From: Lingula anatina | Lineage: Eukaryota; Animalia; Brachiopoda | Assembly: GCA_051362555.1 (NCBI GenBank) | Contig: JBPQGU010000016.1 | Span: 4,774,001-4,838,000, forward strand | DNA length: 64,000 nucleotides | Direction: 5' to 3' | Shown: positions 12,290 through 24,050 of the stretch, in pieces | Numbering within the stretch: the first letter of the stretch is position 1 | Layout of the letters: each line of letters starts with the position of its first letter | Translations under genes and position numbers: made by a program | Notes under the pieces: generated by a model | Database searches by the model: none | The model's input: only the letters and a program-made list of their open reading frames with translations | Told to the model about the DNA's origin: nothing

Positions 12290-13130
12290 AGAAAATATGC
12301 AAAGCTCAGTTCATGGTGAAAAAGTAGGTCAAAGGTCAATTTCAATATCATAGTTTATGAATTTCTATTCAAGTTCAATAGCAACCATGGGCATTTCTTT
12401 GCCAATTTTGCAGATTTAAAGGCCTGAAAACATGCAAAAAGCAGTTCATCATAAGAAGTAGGTCAAAGGTCAATTTCAAGGTCACAGATTGCTAGTGTAT
12501 TACTTCCTATTCAAGTTCAATAGTAACTATGGACCTATCTCTGTCAGTTTTAGAGATAAAGGAGAAAGAAAATTTGCAAAGTTCAGTTCATAGTAAAAAG
12601 ATGGTCAAAGGTCAATTTTAAGGTCACAGTAAATTGCAAGTATATGACTTACTACTTAAGTTCAATAGTAACTATGGACCTATCTCTGCCAGTTTTGGAG
12701 ATAAAAGGGAATGAAAATTTGCAAAGTTCAGTTCATGGTGAAAAGAAGGTCAAAGGTCAATTTAAAGGTCACAGTAAATTGCCTCTGACTTTCTATTCAA
12801 ATTCAATAGTAACTATGGGCGTATCTTTGCCAGTTTTGGAGATAAAAGGGAACAAAAATTTGCAAAGTTCAGTTCAAAAATAGGTCAAAGGTCAAATTTA
12901 AGGTCACAGTAAATTGCCAGTATATGACTTCCTATTCAAGTTCAATAGTAACTATGAACCTATCTCTGCCAGTTTTGGTGATAAAAGGGAACGAAAATTT
13001 GCAAAGTTCAATTCATGGTGAAAAGTAGGTCAAAGGTCAATTTTATGGTCACTGTTAAATTGCCAGTAAGTGACTTCCTATTCAACTTTAATAGTAACTA
13101 TTGACCTATCTCTGCCAGTTTTGGAGATAT
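12290..13130 (+). repeat. Internal tandem array of the HINE, about 6 units of 134-145 bp
   Basis: (A)GGTCAAAGGTCAA recurs at 12326, 12460, 12602, 12747, 12882 and 13027, each followed by ..TTCAATAGTAACTATGG.. Confidence 0.95.
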
Positions 13131-13825
13131 AATGTTACAATTCTGAGTTACAATAATGTGCCACCACAATGTACTTTTTAATACAGCATAACACGAAAAC
13201 CGTATGAAATACAAAAAAACGGAGACACATGCAATGTTGGGCTTTACATGCTCTACAAAATGCAAAAAAGAACGGGTCGCTAGCATTAACGGTTCCCGAA
13301 TTAGAGACAGTTTTCAGTTTCCGTATCTTATGGCCGCTTCTCCCGTGAAAATGCACCGATTGACCCTAAATTCACGGAGATGAAAGATGACCCAAAGGGT
13401 AACACTTTCCAATAATATTATTGGTTAAGTCTGTGTAGTGTCTGAATAACAGTGCAAATAATATTTTTTTTGTAAAAAATTTCATTTTTTTTGAAAATTT
13501 TGGCCTGTTTGACCTTGAAATAAAGGTCAAAGGTCAAATCCAAGGGCATATTTGAAATCTACACATATGACTTTTGGAAAGCCGTCTGTAGAAATTTTTC
13601 CCATAATTCCTTCCGTAGGGTAGATGATTGGCATTGAATTTTCAAAAATTTTGACAAGGGTGCATTTCAACAAGCGTCACGCCCAGGTTAATGCACCGAC
13701 TGAGACAAAAAATCTGGGGGTTCAAGTTGAGGTTATATGTGACCTAAATCCAAGAGATGGGGACAGGGGTCATTGCGGTCTAGGAGGAGAAGCGGTAACG
13801 GTGACTTGTATCCGGCGTCAGTACG

Positions 13826-13890
13826 CGGAGCCGGCGGAGCTTACGGAGCCGGCGGAGCCGGCGGAGCCAACGGAGCCGGCGGAGCCGGAC
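13826..13890 (+). repeat. 9-bp (GCGGAGCCG)n microsatellite, part of the HINE 5' region
   Basis: About 7 imperfect units. They explain the EPAEPAEPTEPAEP stretch of ORF 13624-13908. Confidence 0.9.
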
Positions 13891-14219
13891 GAGACGGGTC
13901 GGGACTAAAACCATGAGTACCGCCAGCGTACACGCTGGTGGTACTAATTACCGTATGTGGCATAAAAGAGTGCTATTATATGGAGCTACAGTTGAGATAT
14001 AATAGGCTCTTGTACATCATACACAGTGAATGACAAGTAGTTGTAACTGACTAATACCATGACTAGCCCTTCAACAGTTGTAGGAATGTGCTTGTATAGT
14101 GATCAGATTGCACATTATGCTTTAAAATACAGACAAGCATGTAAGTGATATACAAGTGCAATTATGCTGTTGTTATAAATGCTGGCTGTGGGATAACCAA
14201 AACAGTACTTTGGCATGCA

Positions 14220-14800
14220 CTATATACAGCCTATAATTCTCAAGATCCTGGGGTGCCATTGGGTGCCATAGGCTCTTTTTGCTAACCAATATCTAAGCAA
14301 CATTTCTGACAATTTTGAAAATAATTGTCCGACTGCTTTTTCAGATATTTGATTTGAAAGACGGGGTCTGCGTGATCCAAAATTCACTCAAACAAAAATG
14401 GCCGTAATTTGCCATGGCACTGCATTGTCTATATATCCCAAGACCCAGGGGTGCTGTCAGTTGCAGGCTACATATTATGTAAAAAGGTACACGAAAAACG
14501 TCAGATTAAGATTTGGAAAAAATCTACCGTTTACTTTTTCAGATATATGCTTTTTAATGAGGGAGTTTAACATTATAAAGACGCATTCCTACAAAAATGG
14601 TCGTAATTGGGTATGAAGGATTATACCGTCTATAACTCCAAAGATCCAGGGGTGCCATCGGGTGCCATCGGCACTTTTTGTCGACAAATAAATGAGCAAC
14701 ATTACTGAAAAGTTGGAAAAAAATCGTCCGAGTGCTTTTCGAGATATTTCACTTGAAAGAAGGCTTGTGGTGAGAAAAATTCAGTTTACAATTGTCAAAC
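14220..14800 (+). repeat. Three diverged ~200-bp tandem units
   Basis: CAAGA(T/C)CC(T/A)GGGGTGC anchors at ~14241, ~14439 and ~14639, each followed by a ..TTTTC(A/G)GATAT.. block. Confidence 0.75.
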
Positions 14801-15098
14801 TACATATGAAGCTATGCCTAGTTTAAATTGTCATAAAAACATAAACAGACCAAACACTTGAAAATCACTTCACATGAGTTAAGTTGAGATGGTACTGATC
14901 GTTGTAAATAGTAAAATGCTTTTAAAATACCCACCAAATTTATGTGCATGCCTCCTAAATAAACGATCCTCCCCGGTGCGTCGAACGTGCCATTTTGTTT
15001 ACCTATAACGGAGTGTAAAATTCCTGCTTTTTTCATTGGCTCCCGAAAATCACGTGATACCCTTACACCCACCACTGACCTGCATTGAAAGTTTTCAA

Positions 15099-15693
15099 GT
15101 GGGTCGAGTCCATTCGATTTGAGGGGTGACAGGTGGGACGAGTCCATTCCATTTGAGGGGTGACAGGTGGGACGAGTCCATTTAATTTGAGGGGGTGACA
15201 GGTGGGGCGAGTCCATTTCATCTGAGGGGTGACAGGTGGGGCGAGTCCATTCCATCTGAGGGGTGACAGGTGGGGCGAGTCCATTCCATCTGAGGGGTGA
15301 CAGGTGGGGCGAGTCCATTTCATCTGAGGGGTGACAGGTGGGGCGAGTCCATTCCATCTGAGGGGTGACAGGTGGGACGAGTCCATTTCATCTTAGGGGT
15401 GACAGGTGGGGCGAGTCCATTCCATCTGAGGGATGACAGGTGGGACGAGTCCATTCCATTTGAGGGGTGACAGGAGGGGCGAGTCCATTCGATTTGAGGG
15501 GTGACAGGTGGGGCGAGTCCATTCCATTTGAGGGGTGACAGGTGGGACGAGTCCATTCGATTTGAGGGGTGACAGGTGGGGCGAGTCCATTCGATTTGAG
15601 GGGTGACAGGTGGGGCGAGTCCATTTCATCTGAGGGGTGACAGGTGGGACAAGTCCATTCGATTTGAGGGGTGACAGGTGGGGCGAGTCCATT
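15099..15693 (+). repeat. 34-bp G-rich minisatellite, about 17 copies
   Basis: Unit GAGGGGTGACAGGTGGG(G/A)CGAGTCCATT(C/T)(C/G/A)AT(C/T)T, with starts at 15121, 15155 and onward. Confidence 0.98.
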
Positions 15694-17361
15694 TCTTTAT
15701 ATCAAAGGATCAATTTATTTTAATTATGATTTTAATGAGACATTTTCAAACATATCAGAATATGCAGTTCTAAGTTTTGGGTGGAGGAGCAAATTTCATT
15801 GTTCCCATTTCAAAAGTGTGTCAAGATCTCTTATATTTCCGTTTTAATTTAAAATTGAAGCGTTCGTCTGATGAGAAGGTCGTGCAATTTGAAACAATTT
15901 TCTCTAGCAAACCAAAACCCTTAGAATATGGACTTATATTAAATTAAGAAAATTTTATCTGGGAGGATGAACTAATTTATAAATAGATATTAAAAAACCC
16001 GTCTCACTATAAAAAATGTAGGACAGATTTTTAAAAAAGCAATATCGTAAATTCATACAAATTGTATTTATAAATGTGGGCTGTTGGAAATCCTGTAGAT
16101 GTATTCTTAAAATGCTTTCAATTATTTACAAAATACTGGGCATTTTAACAAAACTTTTAATCCTTTCGATTTACGACATCCTCTGTTACTGGAGAAATCA
16201 TCAATCCCAAACACAATGCTTACAGATCAGTTTTAGCAGATTTAATTTGCAAGTGCTCAAACAATAATATCTTTACAATTTTACCCCTAACCCTCTATTA
16301 TTATTATTATTAATATTTTATCATCATTTCATTTGGAAGTGAATAAGAAAACAAGGAATGACAAACGTATTTATTCAATTTTAAAACAAAAGATGCATGG
16401 ATGTGCGTAGGGTTCCAGAGGGTGAATGACAGGCTTGGTTGCTAGCAGCCAGGTGCCGTGCAGTTCTCAGTATCTCAGTGGACTTCTGAAATAAGAAGGT
16501 AATGTTAACAATATCTGACTTGTCCATAGTTCAGGCTCAGATAGCACCCCAAAAAAGCAATCGATTCTATGTTGCCTAACGCCACATTTAAGACCTGAAG
16601 TTAGTAATAAAGATATTTCAGATATCTTGCTTTGAAATAAAATAAATATTGAAAACACTCCTCTAGTTTGTGTAGGTTATCACTTTTTATTCATTTTACC
16701 TACTATATAAAGTTGTAATATCTAAAATCGCTTTGCATCACGCGTTTGGGAACCATATTTCGCTTTAGAATAAATCATTTCCCTGTGTTTCAACACTGCT
16801 TACAAGCATTTTACAGGTACATGTATAATAAAATTAACAAACCTACTAAAACTGACTATCGTTCATGGGGCACGCTTGTCTTAGGATCAAAAGCTCGGAA
16901 CTGTGACAAGTACGGTACCATCATGTAAATATGTCCGTGATCTTTGTGGTAATATGCCCATTTACTAATTTGCTAAATAATATTTTGAGTGGCATAACAG
17001 AAACGACAGGCGACAGCGACAACAAAGAGTAGTAACATACCCGTAAATACTCGTCGCAAATTTCTTTGCATTTTTCTACTCTCTTTCTATCAACTGACAT
17101 ACGATACTGAAGAAAAAGTGCTACTTACGAAACATGCATTTGCTTCTACGCCTCATACGACTGCGTTGCGACTGCACCCGCACGTGGAACATTGCGTCTT
17201 CACCTAGCTGTGTCCTACTGCCTACTGAGCATTCGGAAATACAGCTCGCACTACGATGATCAAGTAATTGTTATGCAAATTACAGACAGGCATGGCTCAT
17301 TTCAGGCGAGGGACTGTGGTTGAAACTGTTCACGAATGTTCACGGTCTAATACATGTACAT

Positions 17362-17633
17362 GGCGGATAAAGAGGGGGTGTCAGGGGGGATCCAGACCCC
17401 CTCCTCCCTTCGATTTCTGATAAAAAAATTACACCCAAAATCTATAGCTGAATAATAGTTATAAACCGTATCAAATGGAGATATTTTCCCTCTAAAACAC
17501 CCTTTTTCGTGGCCCTCGAGCGTGCCCCAAACATAACTCCAAAGGGGTGAGGGTCGGCCTTGAACTCCGAGGCCTTGTCAATCCGTAAAAAAAAACACCA
17601 CCACCCTTCCAAAAAATCCTGGATCCGCCCCAG
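17362..17633. mobile_element. MITE with GGCGGAT...ATCCGCCCC ends (probably hAT-type)
   Basis: Inverted ends flanked by ATGTACAT at 17354-17361 and 17634-17641 (candidate 8-bp TSD). The left TIR is eroded. Confidence 0.65.
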
Positions 17634-17879
17634 ATGTACATGTGGATTTGACTTATTCATTCACACATTAATTGATCAATAAGACCACGGGCGCTAATAT
17701 ACATGTATATTCCATAATACTGTAAAATGTATTCATAAATTACTGTTGTACGCGCACCGATACTCCCCCTCGTCGTTATACAATTTTCATACATAACTGT
17801 CATTGTAACTCAACGATATTATATTTAAAATAGGCCATGTAAATTTGAAAAGCTGTAGCTAGGATCGAGGCCTACCAAT

Positions 17880-20600
17880 GAAATCTAAATATTTTCAAGA
17901 ACTTTTACTGGGCATAAATACGATTTAACCCGATTTATCAAAAGCCAATTGCCACCTCTATATCTCGACTTTTCAATAAGAAACTAGGTAGCATCTAAAA
18001 GCTTAAAGCTTCAAAAATTTTGAGACCATAACAGAGTCAGCCAAGGGCACGTTTCGGTGCCACATTTGATTACGTCATGATGGATATTTACAGGTGAAGG
18101 ACCAGAACAGTCTGTCGGAAACAATATAGAAACAAGGAGTCTGTTGTAACTCATTGGTAGAAATAAGAGACTGAATTTGATCTGAGGACCAGGATAGATC
18201 CGTAAATGACGCGTGTCCCATTCACTGTTCCTGAATTCTAAAATCTAGAGTAAAAATATGTACTTAAGCATTGTAGCAGGACGTAAACCAATCCACTTCA
18301 TGAGGACCCCATATCTTATCAAAATGTGAGAATAATTCTTTAGAAATACCCCAATTGTCAACATCCACACTTCTACTTATATAATCTGCATGGGTATTCT
18401 CTTCTCTCAGTATCCTTTCATTTCTATTGAATAACTCCATTAGAAGAAAAACATCTAAAATAATAGGTTGTAATTTACTCCTCATGCTACTTTTTTCTTT
18501 AATGTTTACAACATCTTTGCTATCAGAAAACCACTTCAATCTCAAAACACTCAACGTGTTTGCCATGGAGAACAGGACCCTGAAAACAGCTATCAGTTCT
18601 CTGTAAGTAGAGCTCTCCGTCGCTTCGTCAGCTGACCATTCCCCGCAACACACCCTTTTAGGTGTCTCCACACAATATCCTCCAAACCCAGTACTACTAG
18701 CATCAGAATAAACTACCTTATTGCACTGAGGTGAAAACTGTAAAATTCTGATTTACTACACCAAGGTCTAATTTGACTGCATGCTTTCACACACATTTTC
18801 TGATTCTAAGAAAAAGCACTTGAAATAACCATGCTAATATAATTTGTCATTAGTTGCGTTACACTTCCCAACACATGAGACATAGTATAATCCGACCGAC
18901 ATAGCCAGACCTTTGCTCACTTTCGTGCGAATATAATGTCAGATCTCTTAGCACTTGCTAATCTAATATCAAGAACTTTGATTTCCCCAATACTAATATC
19001 TATTTCGATGCCTATAAATGCCAGACTCTGTACCTACGACCAAATAGTATTCTCATATATTTACATAAAACCTGACTTAGCAATATCATCTTTGATCTCA
19101 GCACCCTGATGCTCCAATCTATCTATGTTACTGCAGTACCACAGACCGTCATCCAATTACATCGAACCATTCTTTGATTAATTGCCAAGTCAATTTTGAA
19201 AAAAATATTAAGTGCTAATGATAACCCAAATGGAAGAACTAAGAATCAAAAATAAATCTGCTGATCTTGAATTTTCCATGAAAAACCTCAATAATCCGTA
19301 TGAGGATAATAGATATCTAGATGTTGATTAGCTGAATCAAATTTAATCAACCAACCACACAGATTCATAAACATAAGAGCCGTTCTCAAATGTCCGTAAC
19401 TACCAGACTGCTTACAGACATGTTTGTTTACTTCTCGTACATCTAAAATCAATCTATTTTTTCACTGCTATGCACTGCTTCTGTTTAAGGGTTATCAACA
19501 ATTGGTTGTTTGCTACACCTTTTAATCAAAGGCATCTTTTTCAATTCAAGAATAGCTTTTTAACAAAAAACTTATTTTTCAATGGTGAAAGCTGTTATCT
19601 TTCCTCATCCCACAGGGTGTTGCTATAAACGGAAATTTATAACCATTTTTATCAAGTCTAGAATAAAAAATGAATACCCTACTTCTTCCCAAAAACTTAA
19701 ATTGGTTCTTAACCTACTTTTCACGGGTATGAATTTCTGATTTTGCTCATGTTCATAATTATGCAACTCTTGATTGAAACTAACGCACTCATACATGTAC
19801 CGGGTACTTATTTATTTTTCAATGCTTCCGCCTTCTATCCCATTCCAGATGTTCCCTTATCTCTGGGGTTGGACTCTGGTAGAATAACTTTCCCCTCTGT
19901 AAGTTGGTCACTCAAGCATGAAATGGCCCTTTCCTCAACAAGCTAAGCAAAGTCACGACCCGCTGCTGCGATAAAGACTTCTCCGCTGAGAAGTATCGCC
20001 CACCACACCTATCGGTCGGTCTGCTGATATAACCTTATTTTTTAGGCTCCCTTTTTGTTTTCTTTTATTTTCTTTGTAGCTCTCTCGCTCTCAGAATCAC
20101 AAGCAAGAGGATTAACAGTATGTTCCTTAACAGTGTCGAAAGTGTCAGCAATTCTGATAAGTTTGTTTCTCTTGCCAAGACTGTAAGGCACTGTCAGTTT
20201 GTTCACCACAATAATCTTATTTTCAAATACTGTTGAGTCAAATTGCTGGTGATTACCTTCTATTTTCCAAGATAAATATTGTGACTTTCAGTTTTTACCG
20301 GCTTCGGCATTAAATGTAGACAGTCTCTGGTCGAAATAGTCTTTCGTCTCTTTCTTTTTACTTTCCATTTTTTTCATTACATCAGCCAAGGTAAAGTGTT
20401 CGCCTCCACTGGACTCATCAACCATGTCGTCTACGGAGTCGTAATCATAAGCGTGTTAACAGTACCGTGTCAATCGCCTAAATGACACGAAAACTCCCCT
20501 ACACCAATCCCGCCCTCTTCTGGCGTGTCATAACCAGAGAGAAATTAATTTCACTTTAATTCCTCTCGTCAACCGATTGAAATTATATTTCTATTGACTC
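17880..20600 (-). mobile_element. Second decayed DIRS/Ngaro-type retrotransposon (gag, RT, RNase H, methyltransferase-like region, YR fragment)
   Basis: Gag-like KRNKLIRIAD..TVKEH..NPLACDSE (~20090-20180); VLPFGLSLA (~19210-19240); VVYSDASSTGFGGY, ESSTYRELIAV, KWFSDS, REENTHADYISR, WGPHEVDWF (ORF 18264-18671); YR piece IEKSRYRGGNWLLINR...LCPVKVLE (~17890-17980). Confidence 0.9.
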
Positions 20601-21031
20601 GCTACATCGAGCTGGACGTGACGCAGTTAAGGTGGTACAGGACAAAAGATTTGTGCCAGTGGTGGATTTAGGAGGGTCGGTGGGGGCGGGGAGTTTCGAC
20701 CCCGACTGAATTTTTATAAATATAATGTACTTTTTTTTAGAAAATCGAACTCCCCTACACTCGATAAAGTCAGGTTTGCTTATTTCTCAAATTCGTTCCA
20801 AGGGTTCGTTACTACTCCACTCGTTTAATTCAATAGATCAGGTGATGGTCGTCGGCGTAACTCTGATTACCGTCTCATAAACAAAGGTGGCTGACCGTGA
20901 TTCTTACTTCGCGTTAAAGGGTAGGTACTTTAATATTTATAAAACTTAAGTTTAAAGCTTAAATGCACAACCTATGACACAAATGCCAGATATGTAATTA
21001 ACCTGTGTCCACCGAGATCCATTGGTAGTTG

Positions 21032-21249
21032 CAGTGGTGGATTGGGAGGGGGGGGGGGGTCAGGGGGTCCTGACCTCCTCCCCTTCAGTTTCTGAAAATA
21101 ATCACACCGATGGTCCCCTTATGAAATAAGTATTTTCTCTAGCCGAATCATAGTTTTAAAAAGTACCAAATAGCACCGTTCGCCCTCTAAGATAAGGGTC
21201 GGTTTTGCATCCGTGGACCCCCCTTCAAATAATCCTAGTCCCGCCCCTG
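21032..21249. mobile_element. MITE, CAGTGGTGGAT...CCGCCCCTG ends
   Basis: Imperfect TIRs. The left arm GGGGGTCAGGGGGTCCTGACC resembles the MITE at 17362. A further left end occurs at ~20657. Confidence 0.6.
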
Positions 21250-21469
21250 GGTTGGTCGCCCTTGTAACCTACAGCAGGTAAGTGATTCTAGCTATTGTCT
21301 GTTTTTGATAATCGCCTAAGATATCAATCAAGTTGTTGTATTTGTAGCGGCAAAAGGTTTCAATCTAACGCTCTTAATGGCTAAAATTAATCTGCAAACC
21401 ACGTGCACTTAGTACAACTGGAAATTTTAAAAGGTGGCGATTTTATAATGAGCCGCGCAACTTTGCAAC

Positions 21470-21812
21470 TTTTCTATCTCCAAAACTACCAGAGATATGC
21501 CCATAATCACTATTGAACTTGAATAGGCAGTCATATGCTGACAATCTGTGTTCTTGAAATTGAGCTTTGACCTACTTTTTGCCATGAACTGCACTTCACA
21601 AATTTGAATTAAAACTTTTACTTTTCCTCATGATTTTGTTTTAAATGGTAATTTTCAACAAAACTATTTAGAACTTTTGCTTACTGCATGTAGAGCTTGT
21701 CAAGCACAACACTGGAGGTGGTGTCCCTTTTTTCACTTTTCTATACGAATGAGCTTACTCCAGCTGGTGGTACAATACCCTCAGGCGGTATCACCTCTCT
21801 GATCCTCTAGTT
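21470..21812 (+). mobile_element. 3' portion of a second copy of the HINE family at 11921-13949, opposite orientation
   Basis: GAGCTTGTCAAGCACAA..CTTACTCCAGCTGGTGGTACAATA..GGCGGTATCACCTCTCTGATCCTCTAGTT is the reverse complement of 11921-12050. It also retains one internal-repeat unit (CTTTGACCTACTTTT..CCATGAACTG). Confidence 0.85.
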
Positions 21813-22941
21813 TTCATGGTTTTTCAAATTCATGCTTCATTTGACAAGATAAAGTGGCGTAATAAACAAAGCATTTTGTCCTGTCACACAAGTATGTTAT
21901 TGCTTTTTAACCTCATTCACGGATCGTTGTGGAAATGAAATTAGGGGGTGTGAAAAATACATGGTTACCTAGAAATTCAGTGTTCAGACCAGGCTTTCAC
22001 TTACTGCCTACCAGCTTGCTGCTTACTTTTTTCGTTTTTCTTACATTTTAGTTAAACATGTTTCAAACAACAAAAGCTCTAGATATTATAAAGGTTTGAC
22101 AAACATTTTATTTCGAAACTTGTACATGTACCAGTTAAGTTTCCGTTTTGCTGATTATGTGACCATCTCCATAAATAGAATAGGCCTGCATTGGTGCACA
22201 TGGACGCGGTCGCAAATTACAGTGGAATGCTTTTTTTTCAAACAAAATTAATACACATTGCTAAGTTTAACTAGAAAAGCAAATATATAAATGGGCATTC
22301 AAGGTGTGTTTACATTATCGCTAGTAGAGTCCGAATTACTGGTTGCCTATGTGTGGACGAAAACCGCAGTGAGCCATCCTGAAGTATGTATAATTTCTTT
22401 ATTTAGTATTCTTTACTGAGAAATGGACCATGTAATGCTAAATGCCATCGAACTCCTTTCGATTTTTTCCTTCAGCTGCCTTCAAATAGTGCCTCTACCC
22501 CCTACATCTAAACAGCCATACCCGAGTATGTCGTGAGATCATCTTAGATGTAGTCTGACAAGCGACTTTGCGGCATAAACCCTGCATTACTAATCATCAT
22601 GCATCGTTATTTTATTTGATTTAATTTTAATGAATATTAATTCAATTAATTTATTCAATGTTAAAAATGAACCGTTCCGTCCACGTAGAAGCGGGGTCAA
22701 TAAAAACTAACCACCTAGTCTTCGAAATCCTGGATTCGCCCCTGAGAGCTGTTCGTTATTGATTTCTTAATAACGATCTTGCTGCATACTGGCAATAAAC
22801 ACAATCGGATTTGTTACCATTTTTAAGGATTTATGATGTTACATTCAAGTTGTAATTTTTTCTGTGCTAGATTTCTATTACAAACAGAACCGTAAAGAAA
22901 AAAACAGTAATTTAAGCGCATTATACTGTAGGTGTTCAGTG

Positions 22942-23109
22942 CAGGGGCGGATTTAGGCCGTCTTCTGGGTCTTCCAGAAGACGGTCAGATTTTCAAGTTT
23001 ACATTGACGGGTATCCAATTTTTAATGTTGGAAGACGGTCAAAATTGGAGGATGAATCAACAAAGATAATTTGGAAGACTGTCAGTATATAGCTCTGGAT
23101 CCGCCCCTG
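22942..23109. mobile_element. 168-bp MITE, CAGGGGCGGAT...ATCCGCCCCTG
   Basis: Perfect 11-bp TIRs; internal IR CCGTCTTCTGG/CCAGAAGACGG; CAGTG on both flanks. Confidence 0.8.
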
Positions 23110-23779
23110 CAGTGGTTCCTACAATCGCCCAAGGACAGCGTAAATTGTAGAATCTCACATTTCCAGGAGGACAAAGGCGGCAATTTCTCGCTTAAACAAT
23201 GTTTTTTTGTTGTTGTTGTTGTTTCAATTTCTTTTACGAATAGAGTGGCCCCTGAAGAAAAGATTATGTCGTCTTTGCTATTTTCTGTTAAAAACATACT
23301 TTTAGTAAAATAATTAATAAACAAATCAAGAAGAAGATGCACATATTGTATACAGTAACCACTGTTGAAGAACGAAGTGAAGTATACAGATATTTCTTAA
23401 TAATCACAAAGCCGAGCTGCATACATATTAGATCGACTATGTACTTTGTTACTAAGCAGACCAACTTTAGTAATTCCCTTATTTTTCCACAATATATCTA
23501 ATGAAATGTGTCACTTTTGGGTCCCAAGAGGGTGGTGCACTTTCGGAAAAATAGTATTTCGAGAGTTTTTAGATCAATCATTGTGTTTTGTTGGTAGCAG
23601 TTTTAACCAATTGCAAAGGCTGTGAGAGAGTATCGTTGCAGGAGCTTTAAGATGCGGGTGAGGTCGATGGAGTGTAAGGGGTAGTATAGGCCTATCGGTG
23701 CGAGGGAGTAATGGTGCGGAGGAGTATCAGTGCTGAGACGGAAAGGGATCATTCACAATAATTGTCTAAACATATCAAC

Positions 23780-24050
23780 ATCTCATCATTAAATCCCCAA
23801 ATTGCATCTTTATAGTACTTCAAAAAGCTCCTCAGGGGTTTGAGGTTGGGGAGGGGGATGGAAAAATATTTTTTTAATTCACAAGAAATATTGAAAAAAA
23901 AAAAAACAATTTACCTGTGGATGGCTAGAAAAAACAAAACACACCTTCCTGACATCATTATTTTAATTATTTTAAAAAGACCCAAATTTCATCTTTATAT
24001 TATTTCAAAAAGCTCCCCAGGGGCTTGAGAGTGGGAGCTGGAATTTCATC
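23780..24050 (+). repeat. Diverged ~185-bp repeat (about 1.5 units) related to the major satellite
   Basis: CCCAAATT(G/T)CATCTTTATA..TTCAAAAAGCTCC..AGGGG at ~23796 and ~23981. ACACACCTTCCTGACA at ~23939 matches satellite ACACACCTACCTGACA. Confidence 0.6.

Larger units (their letters stand above)
11921..13949 (-). mobile_element. Apparently complete Helentron-associated non-autonomous element (HINE) with internal ~140-bp tandem repeats
   Basis: 5' hairpin AGTACCGCCAGCGT-AC-ACGCTGGTGGTACT (13916-13945); adjacent 9-bp microsatellite; central tandem repeats; matching subterminal IR GTACCACCAGC (11960-11970); 3' hairpin GAGGCG-ATAC-CGCCTC (11936-11951); CTAGTT terminus on the minus strand. Confidence 0.88.

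Noticed and set aside
13624-13908. 94-aa ORF with EPAEPA repeats
   Set aside because: It is a translation of the HINE 9-bp microsatellite, with a non-coding structural explanation.
15099-15693. CRISPR-like array (34-bp period), or a repeat protein from ORFs 14818-15692
   Set aside because: Units are contiguous with no unique spacers, there are no cas genes and the context is eukaryotic. The 34-bp period cycles through all three frames.
15860-15900. Hammerhead ribozyme core (CTGATGA...GAAAC); the satellite monomer was also scanned on both strands
   Set aside because: No convincing stem II or stems I/III here, and the monomer has no CTGANGA...GAAA core.
11921-21812. Composite 9.9-kb element bounded by inverted HINE 3' ends
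   Set aside because: The two ends are diverged, there is no TSD, and independent insertions of a common family explain the arrangement.
20627-21890. Kolobok-like TIR pair (TTAA-GGTGGTACAGGACAAAA / TTTTGTCCTGT)
   Set aside because: Only an 11-bp inverted match, and the right side lacks the terminal bases and TTAA.
22495-22560. HDV-like ribozyme or SINE remnant around the CTACATCTAA/TTAGATGTAG inverted repeat
   Set aside because: Only one helix is evident. I could not build the nested double pseudoknot or find pol III boxes.
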